Of a stretch of 64,000 nucleotides of DNA, positions 8,663 through 17,481 are shown piece after piece. The DNA comes from a virus. The notes below the pieces were generated by a model. That model did no database searches. It was not told the origin of the DNA and worked only from the letters and a program-made list of their open reading frames with translations. The position numbers were made by a program, and so were the translations under genes. Each line of letters opens with the position of its first letter. Within the stretch, counting starts at the first letter, position 1. The DNA lies in IMG/VR virus record IMGVR_UViG_3300048854_000232, positions 96,618 through 160,617 of that record; one strand, 5' to 3'.

Positions 8663-9153
8663 TGACCCGCCTTGTCGTGCCCTTCCCTCACGACTTCTTC
8701 AACCCGGGCGAGCTGTACAACATGCAGTTCCTGGCCATTCCGCCGGAATGGATGATCGAACTCTCCCTGGCGTTATGGAAGCCAGTGTTTGTCGATAACG
8801 ATCACCCGGGTAAGTATGAAGTCGTGGTGCAGGAGATCCACGAGCTCTATGTCGGAGATAACGTGGTCCGTGCCGAGTACCTGCGGGAATGGTCGGACTA
8901 CTATGTGGACATCATCGACAGGCTGATGAACCACTTCCGGGTTTACTTGGGGCACATGCCTGCTGAGCAAACCCAACGGGAGCTGGACACGGTGGTGGTG
9001 GATAACTTCCTTCCTGGGGCGATCGTGTTACGGCTGGTCTTTGTGGGTGAGGACCACATCAGCTGTTCCACCGCCTGGGTGACCTACCCCAGAGCCTTCA
9101 CGGACGAGGCCCCGACACCTCGGTATGCCCATCACTGGTTGCTGAACCGATAA
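8662..9153 (+). CDS. Hypothetical protein, paralog-array member 1
   Basis: TAATG coupling; N-terminal RLVVP, C-terminal DNFLPGAIVL. Confidence 0.75.
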   Translation: MTRLVVPFPHDFFNPGELYNMQFLAIPPEWMIELSLALWKPVFVDNDHPGKYEVVVQEIHELYVGDNVVRAEYLREWSDYYVDIIDRLMNHFRVYLGHMPAEQTQRELDTVVVDNFLPGAIVLRLVFVGEDHISCSTAWVTYPRAFTDEAPTPRYAHHWLLNR

Positions 9154-9193
9154 CCCTCCGGACCTACCCGGGTCTGGAGGGGGTCTATGCCGT
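9153..9193 (+). terminator. Hairpin followed by CTATGCCG
   Basis: CCCTCCGGACC/GGTCTGGAGGG stem. Confidence 0.6.
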
Positions 9194-9387
9194 AGACCGC
9201 GTAGGAAGCTCTCCAGAAAACACCGAGTAAAACCCTACACCTAGCCCGAATCTATAGGGGAAGTTGCCTGTATCGATTCCTACGAGCTTTCAGCAAGCCC
9301 CTGGGGTGGTAGAGTGAATTCGATCTTAAAAAATCTGACATACTAACTATCCCTATACGGCTGACCGTACGAAGAAGGTATCTCGAC

Positions 9388-9771
9388 ATGTATCGTGCGC
9401 TGTACATTTACGATATTGCCGACCTGCACCTTCAACTGAAGGCGCTGGCCGAAGAGTTGCGGGAATACCATCCGGAACTGAAGAAGGTTTCGGCGTCCCA
9501 GCTGGCGTTACGATGGATTCGGCACCACCTGATCCGGGATCACTTCCTGGTCTTGCTGACTGATCCGGTCGATCTGCTGGTCGATGCCTCGCTCCACAAC
9601 GAATTTCTTATCGCCTACCCGAATCTGTCGAACCGGTTCTACCGGCAAGTCAACGGGTGTCCGCATCGCTATCCCGAAGATCCATGTTTGTTGCGTGTCA
9701 CGGACCGAACCATGGTCTTGGACTACCGCGCGGATCCACTCGACTACAGCGTCTACGCGGCGCAGAGGTAA
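9388..9771 (+). CDS. Hypothetical protein, probable paralog-array member 2
   Basis: AAGG RBS; weak match to the array motifs. Confidence 0.7.
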   Translation: MYRALYIYDIADLHLQLKALAEELREYHPELKKVSASQLALRWIRHHLIRDHFLVLLTDPVDLLVDASLHNEFLIAYPNLSNRFYRQVNGCPHRYPEDPCLLRVTDRTMVLDYRADPLDYSVYAAQR

Positions 9772-9773
9772 TC

Positions 9774-10265
9774 ATGACGGCTTACATCCTCCCCACCAAA
9801 GACGCAGCGCTGAGGTTGCACGACAGCTGCCAGATGGTGGCGGCACGCCGTTCCAATCCCATCGTTACCCATGTCCCGGATCAACAGACCTGTCGGGCCA
9901 TGGTCGCTGACTTCATGGACGTGCTGGTCAATGCCCAGCTTCTGTGGTTGCGTCGGACGGACACCGCCCTGGACGACATCGTGGGTAAGTACTTTCCGCT
10001 GTACGTGGAAATGGAACGGGCCATGGTCCAATCAGGCTACTCACGGCAACGGGCCCAGGAATTCGCCCGGGACTTCTACGACTACGTGATCGATCCGGTG
10101 TTCGAGCAGCTCCAGCAGCTGGTCCACGTGATCATTCCCGAACGTACCTGGGACATTTGGCTGACCAAGCCCCTGGGCGCGGACATCATCTTGGAGAAGG
10201 GCCCCGATTATCGCATCGCGGACTGGACCCGACGCAAAGAGCGTGGAGAATTCCGCGATGAGTAG
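9774..10265 (+). CDS. Hypothetical protein, paralog-array member 3
   Basis: GAGG RBS; MTAYILPTK…PLGADIILE. Confidence 0.8.
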   Translation: MTAYILPTKDAALRLHDSCQMVAARRSNPIVTHVPDQQTCRAMVADFMDVLVNAQLLWLRRTDTALDDIVGKYFPLYVEMERAMVQSGYSRQRAQEFARDFYDYVIDPVFEQLQQLVHVIIPERTWDIWLTKPLGADIILEKGPDYRIADWTRRKERGEFRDE

Positions 10266-10722
10266 AACGGTCGTCGTCTCGAGCGCGGAGTGGATCGGTC
10301 AGATCACAGAAACGCTCAGACCACGGCTCGGGATCGCTGCGGAGGTGGCGGACCACAAACCGATCGTCTGCGCGCTCTTCGATCACCTGCTCCACGGCGC
10401 CCCCTTAACCGGTGGGTCCGATTCCCTGGAAGCCATCTACGAAGCTTACGGCCTCTTTACCGAGGTACGCCAAGCCTTGACCGATGATCTTCTTTTACAG
10501 ATGAGCACGATCCTCCAGCGAGGCTTCGGACTGATCTACCCGGCCCGGCATTACACGTACCACTTTTTCGGGCTGGACAATATTCTTCTACGGGAGACGC
10601 TTCCTTCATGTAGGGCGCCGACCGATGCCGATGACCTCACCCCCGACGCCTGGCAACAGGGTTTGGAGCAGGGCGCCGGCGATTACTACCCCGAAAGACT
10701 ACGACGGAGTATGGGATGCTAG
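10258..10722 (+). CDS. Hypothetical protein, paralog-array member 4
   Basis: GGAG RBS; overlaps the previous gene; MSRTVVVSS…HFFGLDNILL. Confidence 0.75.
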   Translation: MSRTVVVSSAEWIGQITETLRPRLGIAAEVADHKPIVCALFDHLLHGAPLTGGSDSLEAIYEAYGLFTEVRQALTDDLLLQMSTILQRGFGLIYPARHYTYHFFGLDNILLRETLPSCRAPTDADDLTPDAWQQGLEQGAGDYYPERLRRSMGC

Positions 10723-11153
10723 AAGACTCGTATCGTCAGAGATTTGTCCTACCAACCAGACCATGGAGGGATGCGATGTCAGCACGTCTCCGGGCTTTGG
10801 CCATGTGGAACGTGTCTGCCGACTCGATCTTCCGTATCGCGATCCTTCAATGCAGCTTAATCAGCATGCGAGAGATCGAAGCCCATGTGGGGCGTGACTT
10901 GCTTCGACAGCAGCCCGAGCAACTTCGGGGTGAGTTGACTCGAGTGCGTCACATGTACCTTGATGCCATCGGTGAGGCGGCCTCACTTATCATCCCCGAT
11001 ATCGAACGGGCTTGTACCGTTTGTGACCACACACTGCGGTTTGAGCAGTTTGTTGGACAGGATGTTGTGGTAAGTGTTTGCATCTCTCCCTCCTTCGTTG
11101 ACCAGGTGTACCGTGAAATTGAATCTTATCGTCCCACTCAGTGGGGTAGCTGA
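10716..11153 (+). CDS. Hypothetical protein, paralog-array member 5
   Basis: GGAG RBS; RFVLPTR…FEQFVGQDVVV. Confidence 0.75.
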   Translation: MLEDSYRQRFVLPTRPWRDAMSARLRALAMWNVSADSIFRIAILQCSLISMREIEAHVGRDLLRQQPEQLRGELTRVRHMYLDAIGEAASLIIPDIERACTVCDHTLRFEQFVGQDVVVSVCISPSFVDQVYREIESYRPTQWGS

Positions 11154-11511
11154 CCCCGACGGGGCGCGCGAACACTTGGCGGTCGAACACTCGATCGACT
11201 TTACCCACATCCTGGAAGTGGTCTTGGACCACTGGGAAGAACTGGAAGCGTTGGCTCCCGAAGACGCGGTGCAGTATCTGGAGAAGACGCTGAAGAAGCT
11301 ACTGAACCGGAAGATCGAACGGATTGACTACGCCGAGTTCAGCCATGCGGTGCGGTTGTTGTTCGCGGCGGCCATCCAGATGCGTAAAGTGCTCGAACCG
11401 CTCTTGAACCCGGTCATCCGCGAGATCGACCCGCGTTACCGGCCGCTGTTGGCCTTAAAGCGCTACCACATGCGTTGCCCAGTCCTGGAGCTACGCATTG
11501 TTGAGAGGTAA
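11113..11511 (+). CDS. Hypothetical protein, paralog-array member 6 (GTG start)
   Basis: AGGTG RBS before GTG 11113; LIVPLS…KRYHMRCPVLEL. Confidence 0.7.
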   Translation: MKLNLIVPLSGVADPDGAREHLAVEHSIDFTHILEVVLDHWEELEALAPEDAVQYLEKTLKKLLNRKIERIDYAEFSHAVRLLFAAAIQMRKVLEPLLNPVIREIDPRYRPLLALKRYHMRCPVLELRIVER

Positions 11512-11515
11512 TCCG

Positions 11516-11980
11516 ATGAGACGTGAATCGCCAGGCCGCATTGTGCGCTTGGTCTTGCCCACGGGTGATGTGTTCGACGAGTTCGCCCTGGCCGAGCACG
11601 TCCTCGTGACCGCCGGGTCGCAACTGCACTGCAAACGGTATACCTTCAAAGGGATCGCCGAATGCGTGATCCGCCATTGGGCCTCTAGCCAGACTGAGTA
11701 CGCCTTCTTTCAGGTGATGGCTCCCGACGGTTACGCCTCGCCCTTTGATCGTACCTTCCAGCACGTCTACGGCGAGTACGTTAGCGAACGCCGCTTGCAT
11801 GGAATCAGCTACGAGGACACCCGGGCCATCCGTCAGGTCGTCTTGGCCTTTGCCGCCGACTTCTACTGGACGGTTGTACCTACCTTGGACAGACTGGATC
11901 TGTCCGACTACCAGTTGGAGACCTTGGAGATCGATAACTGGTTAGGCAACAACATGGTACTGGAGATCAGTCGGTCATGA
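11516..11980 (+). CDS. Hypothetical protein, paralog-array member 7
   Basis: GAGG RBS; RLVLPTG…IDNWLGNNMVLE. Confidence 0.8.
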   Translation: MRRESPGRIVRLVLPTGDVFDEFALAEHVLVTAGSQLHCKRYTFKGIAECVIRHWASSQTEYAFFQVMAPDGYASPFDRTFQHVYGEYVSERRLHGISYEDTRAIRQVVLAFAADFYWTVVPTLDRLDLSDYQLETLEIDNWLGNNMVLEISRS

Positions 11981-12029
11981 TGATCTCCCGTCCGATTCCC
12001 CTATTCACTACCCACCACCGGAGAATGCC

Positions 12030-12518
12030 ATGCACAAGAACGTAATTCTCCCCACGCGCGAGCTGATGGAAAAGTGGGAGCCGGTCTTCCGGCACACCGT
12101 GGAGCAGGAAGGGATCTCCATGGCAAGCTTGGGCCACTTCGTGGTCTGGACAGTCAGCCAAGGCGAAGGGATCGATGGCAACCCGATGGCCTTTGAAGAG
12201 TTCAACATGGCGCTGGCCGAGTACCTGCATGAGTCCGGCTACAACCCGAAGGCCCCGGAAGGGTCCAACTACGAATGCATGCAGGACCTCATGGAGGAAG
12301 CCTGGTCGAATCTGACCCGGGCCCTCTATGCGATTTATGCCGCGATCTACAGCTACCGAGATCTCTTGGCGGATTACGGTACCGCCCGGATGTACGTCTC
12401 GGGCCTGAACTTCCATTCCTGGCATGGCCGCGACCTGGTGGTGGCAGTGCAGATCAGTCCAGCGCGTGGTGGATGGTCCTACAATGGCATCCCGCAAGCA
12501 CGAACGGGGATCGCATGA
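12030..12518 (+). CDS. Hypothetical protein, paralog-array member 8
   Basis: GGAG RBS; NVILPTR…FHSWHGRDLVV. Confidence 0.8.
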   Translation: MHKNVILPTRELMEKWEPVFRHTVEQEGISMASLGHFVVWTVSQGEGIDGNPMAFEEFNMALAEYLHESGYNPKAPEGSNYECMQDLMEEAWSNLTRALYAIYAAIYSYRDLLADYGTARMYVSGLNFHSWHGRDLVVAVQISPARGGWSYNGIPQARTGIA

Positions 12519-12919
12519 ACGGCCCGTACCCACACCGGATCGTACTCCCGACCCGGCAGGCGTTTCTCCACTACGAGACCCAGATGGCCTCGATGTCGAT
12601 TGTGGAGCAGCACTTAGATGAGTTGGGAGCATTCTTGCTGGAGGCCCTCCAGACCAAGGAATACGCGGTCCAGAACATGGAAGCGCTGATCGAGTACTAC
12701 GGCACCCAGTACGAAGGCGAGGAATGTACCATTGCGATGCGCGCCATTGCCCCGTTGAACCGTGTGGTTTACGAGGCCATCCTCGCGATGGATCTGTGGA
12801 CCGACACCGGGGAACTGCCGTATTCGTTCGAACGTTGGCTTCATCACGACATGGTGATTGTCTACCATTCGCTGGTGCCCGTTAACCAAACCCTGGTCCC
12901 GGCTAACCCCGTGGGCTGA
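12515..12919 (+). CDS. Hypothetical protein, paralog-array member 9
   Basis: ATGA overlap; RIVLPTR…FERWLHHDMVI. Confidence 0.8.
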   Translation: MNGPYPHRIVLPTRQAFLHYETQMASMSIVEQHLDELGAFLLEALQTKEYAVQNMEALIEYYGTQYEGEECTIAMRAIAPLNRVVYEAILAMDLWTDTGELPYSFERWLHHDMVIVYHSLVPVNQTLVPANPVG

Positions 12920-12963
12920 GCTCATCCCTATGAGTTCCTTCCTTACAGTCCACGGGATACGCC

Positions 12964-13377
12964 ATGCTTACCGTTAACGCCTTTCCCATCAACGCCAGCT
13001 GCTCGTTCGAAGTGTACCCCAGTGCGATCCTGGGTGCGTCGTTCAAGGGCGCGAAGATCCTCGACATCCTGAGTGCCGACACGGCGGGTAAGCTGGGCTT
13101 CGATCCGGCTGCCATGCACGCCAGTGTGTACCCGACCCTGCCGGCCGGCACGCCCAACGACTACCGGGCGTACAGCTACGTGCGCTTCCAGCTGGCCTCG
13201 GGCCAGGCCACGATCATCGGCATCCCCTGGATCCGTGATGAGTCGCTGGTGATCAGCACCAACCGCACCGTGCAGTTGACGATCGATGACATCAACGACA
13301 CCCAGCTCAACACCATCCTGCTGGCCTTGTCGGCCAACGGCTTTGCCGCGGTGGATGTCAAATATCCCAATGGTTGA
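12964..13377 (+). CDS. Conserved chimallivirus protein (phiKZ gp49-like by position)
   Basis: Strong codon bias; SFEVYPSAILG…IIGIPWI; lies upstream of the DNA polymerase. Confidence 0.7.
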   Translation: MLTVNAFPINASCSFEVYPSAILGASFKGAKILDILSADTAGKLGFDPAAMHASVYPTLPAGTPNDYRAYSYVRFQLASGQATIIGIPWIRDESLVISTNRTVQLTIDDINDTQLNTILLALSANGFAAVDVKYPNG

Positions 13378-13551
13378 GTAATTTCCTATTCCGCATACAG
13401 AGATTCTATGGAGATTCCCCGGGCGGGTATCACCGACCACGATTGACTCAACTCACTCGTGGGATGTTCTTTGTGCGCGTGTGTGTTTCCGACCTACTAC
13501 TCGATCGCGCTACGTCTGGGTTCTCCCACAAGGCGCATCTGCAGCGATCGA

Positions 13552-13592
13552 CAGGGGAGCTCCGATTGGGGCTCCCCTGCCTTTTTATGCCG
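13552..13592 (+). terminator. Hairpin followed by TTTTTATGCCG
   Basis: CAGGGGAGC/GCTCCCCTG stem. Confidence 0.7.
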
Positions 13593-13619
13593 CCATCCAT
13601 TTTCAGTGAGCTCTTTGCC

Positions 13620-14048
13620 ATGTCCCTTCCTGTCGTTATCCGTACGGTTACCAACCGCCTGAAGTTCTCCAAAGAGCTGTTGCAGGTCCTTCGCAACCAC
13701 CAGGCCATCGCTCACCTGATGCAACATCAGCACGTCGGTCTGTCGATCACCCAGGAGGGCGAGGAGTGGCGACTGCGCGGGTTCGAGGTGCCGGAGAACA
13801 CCACGATTTCCATCATGCCTACCGAGGGTTGGGTGTTGAAGGAGACCCCGCACCACATCGTCCCGGCCGAAGCGCACTACTACTGGCCACAGCAACGGGA
13901 GATTGCCGTGGTGGATCGTTTTATCTTTCCCCGCGGTGTCACCCCGACGTACCTCTTCGATCGGCTCTTTCAGTTTGGTCCGGAGATCCACAACGCGATC
14001 CCGACCCTGATCCCTCTCACACCCCAACCGGAAGCTGCCCATGGATGA
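13620..14048 (+). CDS. Hypothetical protein (start MSLPVVIR)
   Basis: Typical codons begin at 13620; the upstream extension in the track runs through a terminator. Confidence 0.7.
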   Translation: MSLPVVIRTVTNRLKFSKELLQVLRNHQAIAHLMQHQHVGLSITQEGEEWRLRGFEVPENTTISIMPTEGWVLKETPHHIVPAEAHYYWPQQREIAVVDRFIFPRGVTPTYLFDRLFQFGPEIHNAIPTLIPLTPQPEAAHG

Positions 14049-14406
14049 ATCCCTGATTATTGCCTGGGCCTATCGGCATGCTGGGCTGCGCCCAATGACC
14101 CACGCGTTGTCCAGTCAACGGCCCACCGCAGAGAACCTGCACTTCGCTGCCCTGGGAACCAACCCCGCCAGCCTGCAAGTCATGCCGGTAGGTTTCATTG
14201 CCAATGAAGTGCAGGCCGAACGACTCGGCAAGCTCTGGTACATCTGTCGTGGATGGGCCTGGAAGAGCGATTTGATGAAAGGCTGGGCTATCGGTCACAA
14301 ACCGCCGGATCCTAACAGTACCCACTACCGTCGGCACCCGGAAGAGTTCAGCGCTCTGACCATCCGGCCCCTCTTCTCCTTTTCAACGATAAAGGATTTT
14401 CCATGA
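14041..14406 (+). CDS. Hypothetical protein
   Basis: Overlaps both neighbours. Confidence 0.65.
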   Translation: MDESLIIAWAYRHAGLRPMTHALSSQRPTAENLHFAALGTNPASLQVMPVGFIANEVQAERLGKLWYICRGWAWKSDLMKGWAIGHKPPDPNSTHYRRHPEEFSALTIRPLFSFSTIKDFP

Positions 14407-14819
14407 TCATGATCGAATCGACGGTGGGTAAGGTCGATAAGGAATACATCGTCGGTTGGGCGGTTCGGCCCGAAGGGTAGACCAGCGATGGCAAGTGGGT
14501 CCTGAATCCCAATGTCACCGCCTCCAAGACGCCTCTGGCCGCCCTACCCAATCAAATCCCCACCCAGTTGCACTGCTTCGGGAACGGCATGGAATGCATC
14601 GGCCTGACCGACGACGCGCGTGCGGTGGATGCCCGCATCGAGCGGGTGGTTCAGGTGGGTTGGGTGCATTGGTTTGAGAACGAGCCGTCCAAGCGCATCC
14701 TGACCTACGAGCACCCGTTCCACGACGACTCCTTCCTTTATGACTGGGACCGGAAGTTCAACGCGGTGGTGCGCCGACTGTATCTCCTGGCCAAGCCCGG
14801 GAAAGAAACCCCCGAGTAA
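14403..14819 (+). pseudogene. Gene interrupted by an in-frame TAG at 14478-14480 (pseudogene, readthrough or sequence error)
   Basis: AAGGA RBS and ATG at 14403; MIMIESTVGKVDKEYIVGWAVRPEG*TSDGKWVLNP… continues in frame to 14819. Confidence 0.6.
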
Positions 14820-14825
14820 AAGAAC

Positions 14826-14881
14826 GTCATAACAGCCCTCCTACCCTTTGCGGGGTAGGAGGGCGTGTGTCTTCTTTTTTT
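14826..14881 (+). terminator. Hairpin terminator
   Basis: GCCCTCCTACCC/GGGTAGGAGGGC stem plus a T tract. Confidence 0.7.
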
Positions 14882-14928
14882 ACCCTACGACCCTATCCTC
14901 TGCCTATCCAGATAAGGTCATTCTTTCC

Positions 14929-17079
14929 ATGAAACACTTCGTCAATCCGACGGATTCCTATCGACGTCGCATCGATTTGATTCCGACCTACGTGGGCGAT
15001 AGCGCGCTGTACCTGGCGCTGCAGACTGGTCGCCCCGTTGAGGAGTGCCGGGCCTTCGTTGAAAAAGAGATCGGACCCGCCGGTGGTCACCCCCTGCACT
15101 TTCCTTCTACCATGGCACTAGTGAAGAATCGGCACGGCGATCGCGAGATCCGTGAGATGCCGTTCAACCATTACCTGGACGGGGTTTTTGCCGAAGGGCA
15201 GATCCTTTCCCCGACGATGGCCGCCTACACCCACCCGGATGTGGAGGAGTCGATCCTTGCCAAGTACATCTCGGGCAACTTGCAAAAGCGTAAGAAGGCC
15301 AAGCACCAGAAGTTCGTCGCCAAGATGTCAGGTGACAAGGCCTTGGCCTCGATCAAGGAAGGCGAGCAGACCTCGCTTAAGATCAAGAACAACTCCCTGT
15401 CCGGCGCGCATAGCTCACCGTTCACGATCCTCTGGAATAAGTCGTCGCACTCGACGCTGACTTCCACCTGCCGTACGGCTACCTCTTACGGCAACGCGAA
15501 CAACGAGAAGTTCCTCTACGGCAATCGACACTACTGGTCGCCGGATATCGTCAAGAACAACATCGTCTCGATCGTGCGTCACACCGACTACGACAAGCTG
15601 GCGGCAGTGATCGAGAAGTACCAGCTAGCGCTGCCCTCCTACGAGATCGTGATGGCTTCGATCCATCGCTCCACGGATCTGTACTGGCGCTCGCCTAAGC
15701 AGATGGCCGTGATCGAGTCGCTGGTTCGTGCTCTCTCACCAATGCAGCGGGCGGCGTTCCTGTACACCGGGGACTTCTACCAGCTGGCTCAGCTGAATCC
15801 CCAGTTTGTCCGTGGGTTCTTGGAAGAGATGTCGACCAAGGCCACCCAGCCCGAAGAGATTCCCGACCACTGGGTCGATCGAATGGATTCGAACCTGAAG
15901 GCCTTCGTCTCGATCCTCTGCGCTAAGGAGCTGGCCGGTGAATCGATCGACGACACCAAGAAGTCCCGGCCGCACGACTACGCCATGTTTGCCGCGACCA
16001 CCCGGCGGATCATCGAGGCCCACGATAAGTACGAAGATCTCATTCGCACCTTGTGGGTAACCGACAACGTACCCTCGTCGATCTTCAACCTGCCTTCGGT
16101 CATTCGTCGTGGTGCGATCACCTCGGACACCGACTCGACGATCTTCACGGTGCAGTACTGGACCGAGTGGTACGTGGGTAAGCTGGACTTCACCGAGACC
16201 TCGGTCGCTATCGCCAACACAATGGTCTACCTGGCCGCCCAGCTGATCCGGCACATTCTGGCCACGTTCTCCGGTAACATGGGCGTAGCGCGTAAGGACG
16301 TCACCCGTCTGGCCATGAAGAACGAGTACTACTTCCCGATCTTCACCCTGACCTCGCGTGCGAAGCATTACTTCGCGTACATCGCCGCGCAGGAAGGGAA
16401 CGTCTATAAGGAATACGACACCGAGATCAAGGGCGTGGCCTTGCGTAACTCCAATGTCCCGCCGGAGATCATGAAGCAAGCCAAGCAGTTCATGCTGGAC
16501 TGCATGGACACGGTGATCGCGGGTAAGAAGATCTCAGTGGTAGCCACCATGCGCCATGTGGCAGCGATCGAGAACGGCATCCGTGCAGGTGTGGAAGCAG
16601 GCAGGTACAACCACCTGACCAAGGGCCAGATCAAGAACATGGAGTCGTACAAGAACCCGCAGTCGTCGAACTTCTTGTATTACCAGATGTGGGAAGAGGT
16701 CTTTGCGGAGAAGTACGGGCATGCCCCTGAACCGCCGTACGTGGCAATTAAGGTCTCCATCGACGCGGACAATCCGACGAAGCTGAAGAACTGGATCGCC
16801 CGGATGGAAGATCGTTCGGTGGCGGACAAGATGACGGATTGGATCACCCGCAACTCACGCAATGGCGTGACGCAGATGCTCCTGCCTGAACAGGTCTTGG
16901 CCATGACCGGCGTGCCCAAGGAAGCGGTGTGCGGTATCGACATTCGCGGCCTGATCTCCCAGACCATGGAAGCCTTCTACCTGGTTCTGGAATCGTTGGG
17001 CATCTTCATGCGTAACGACAACATCACTCGCTTGGTGTCGGACCAGTATCCGCTGGAGAAACCCGTCGCCGTACTGTAA
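14929..17079 (+). CDS. Split family-B DNA polymerase, motif B/C (fingers-palm-thumb) subunit (phiKZ gp50-like)
   Basis: KIKNNSLSG (motif B), ITSDTDST (motif C), AKHY and EIKGV; position between phuZ and chimallin. Confidence 0.9.
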   Translation: MKHFVNPTDSYRRRIDLIPTYVGDSALYLALQTGRPVEECRAFVEKEIGPAGGHPLHFPSTMALVKNRHGDREIREMPFNHYLDGVFAEGQILSPTMAAYTHPDVEESILAKYISGNLQKRKKAKHQKFVAKMSGDKALASIKEGEQTSLKIKNNSLSGAHSSPFTILWNKSSHSTLTSTCRTATSYGNANNEKFLYGNRHYWSPDIVKNNIVSIVRHTDYDKLAAVIEKYQLALPSYEIVMASIHRSTDLYWRSPKQMAVIESLVRALSPMQRAAFLYTGDFYQLAQLNPQFVRGFLEEMSTKATQPEEIPDHWVDRMDSNLKAFVSILCAKELAGESIDDTKKSRPHDYAMFAATTRRIIEAHDKYEDLIRTLWVTDNVPSSIFNLPSVIRRGAITSDTDSTIFTVQYWTEWYVGKLDFTETSVAIANTMVYLAAQLIRHILATFSGNMGVARKDVTRLAMKNEYYFPIFTLTSRAKHYFAYIAAQEGNVYKEYDTEIKGVALRNSNVPPEIMKQAKQFMLDCMDTVIAGKKISVVATMRHVAAIENGIRAGVEAGRYNHLTKGQIKNMESYKNPQSSNFLYYQMWEEVFAEKYGHAPEPPYVAIKVSIDADNPTKLKNWIARMEDRSVADKMTDWITRNSRNGVTQMLLPEQVLAMTGVPKEAVCGIDIRGLISQTMEAFYLVLESLGIFMRNDNITRLVSDQYPLEKPVAVL

Positions 17080-17088
17080 GGGACTATC

Positions 17089-17430
17089 ATGATCATACCG
17101 CTCGATGGCATCACCGTGATCAATGCAGTGGATGATCGGTCACGGGATCCTCTGTTCAAACCCGTGGGCTATTTCCGGCGGTGTCCGCCCCTCTTTCAGT
17201 GCGTGATCCCGCCGGAGAACTTTCCCGGGACGGTGGAGGAGTACAAGGCTCTCTGTTGGGAGTTCGAGACTGAGTACGGGAAGTACAAGCAGGACTACTC
17301 GTGCGGCAAGGCCATCCGGCTTCCGATGACCGGAATGGAAGCGTTGGATGCCCTGCAGCGTGTGTACGATGCCTGGGTGGTTCCTAAGCTCACCTCCATG
17401 GGATTGGATCCCCTCGATCCTTATCATTGA
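17089..17430 (+). CDS. Hypothetical protein
   Basis: AGGGA RBS; follows the polymerase gene. Confidence 0.65.
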   Translation: MIIPLDGITVINAVDDRSRDPLFKPVGYFRRCPPLFQCVIPPENFPGTVEEYKALCWEFETEYGKYKQDYSCGKAIRLPMTGMEALDALQRVYDAWVVPKLTSMGLDPLDPYH

Positions 17431-17481
17431 CGGCATACACCTGGGCTCCCACACGGGAGCCCAGGCAGGACCGCTTATGTC
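17431..17481. terminator. Bidirectional CGGCATA-hairpin element between convergent genes
   Basis: CCTGGGCTCCC/GGGAGCCCAGG stem. Confidence 0.7.

Noticed and set aside
13374-13619. N-terminal extensions in the ORF track (13374, 14848, 26610, 28469, 34889, 12275, 9657, 2321)
   Set aside because: They run through terminators or overlap upstream genes; downstream ATGs with RBSs or translational coupling are better starts.
14478-14480. Genome-wide TAG stop-codon reassignment
   Set aside because: All long core genes are intact under the standard code; only one internal TAG was seen.
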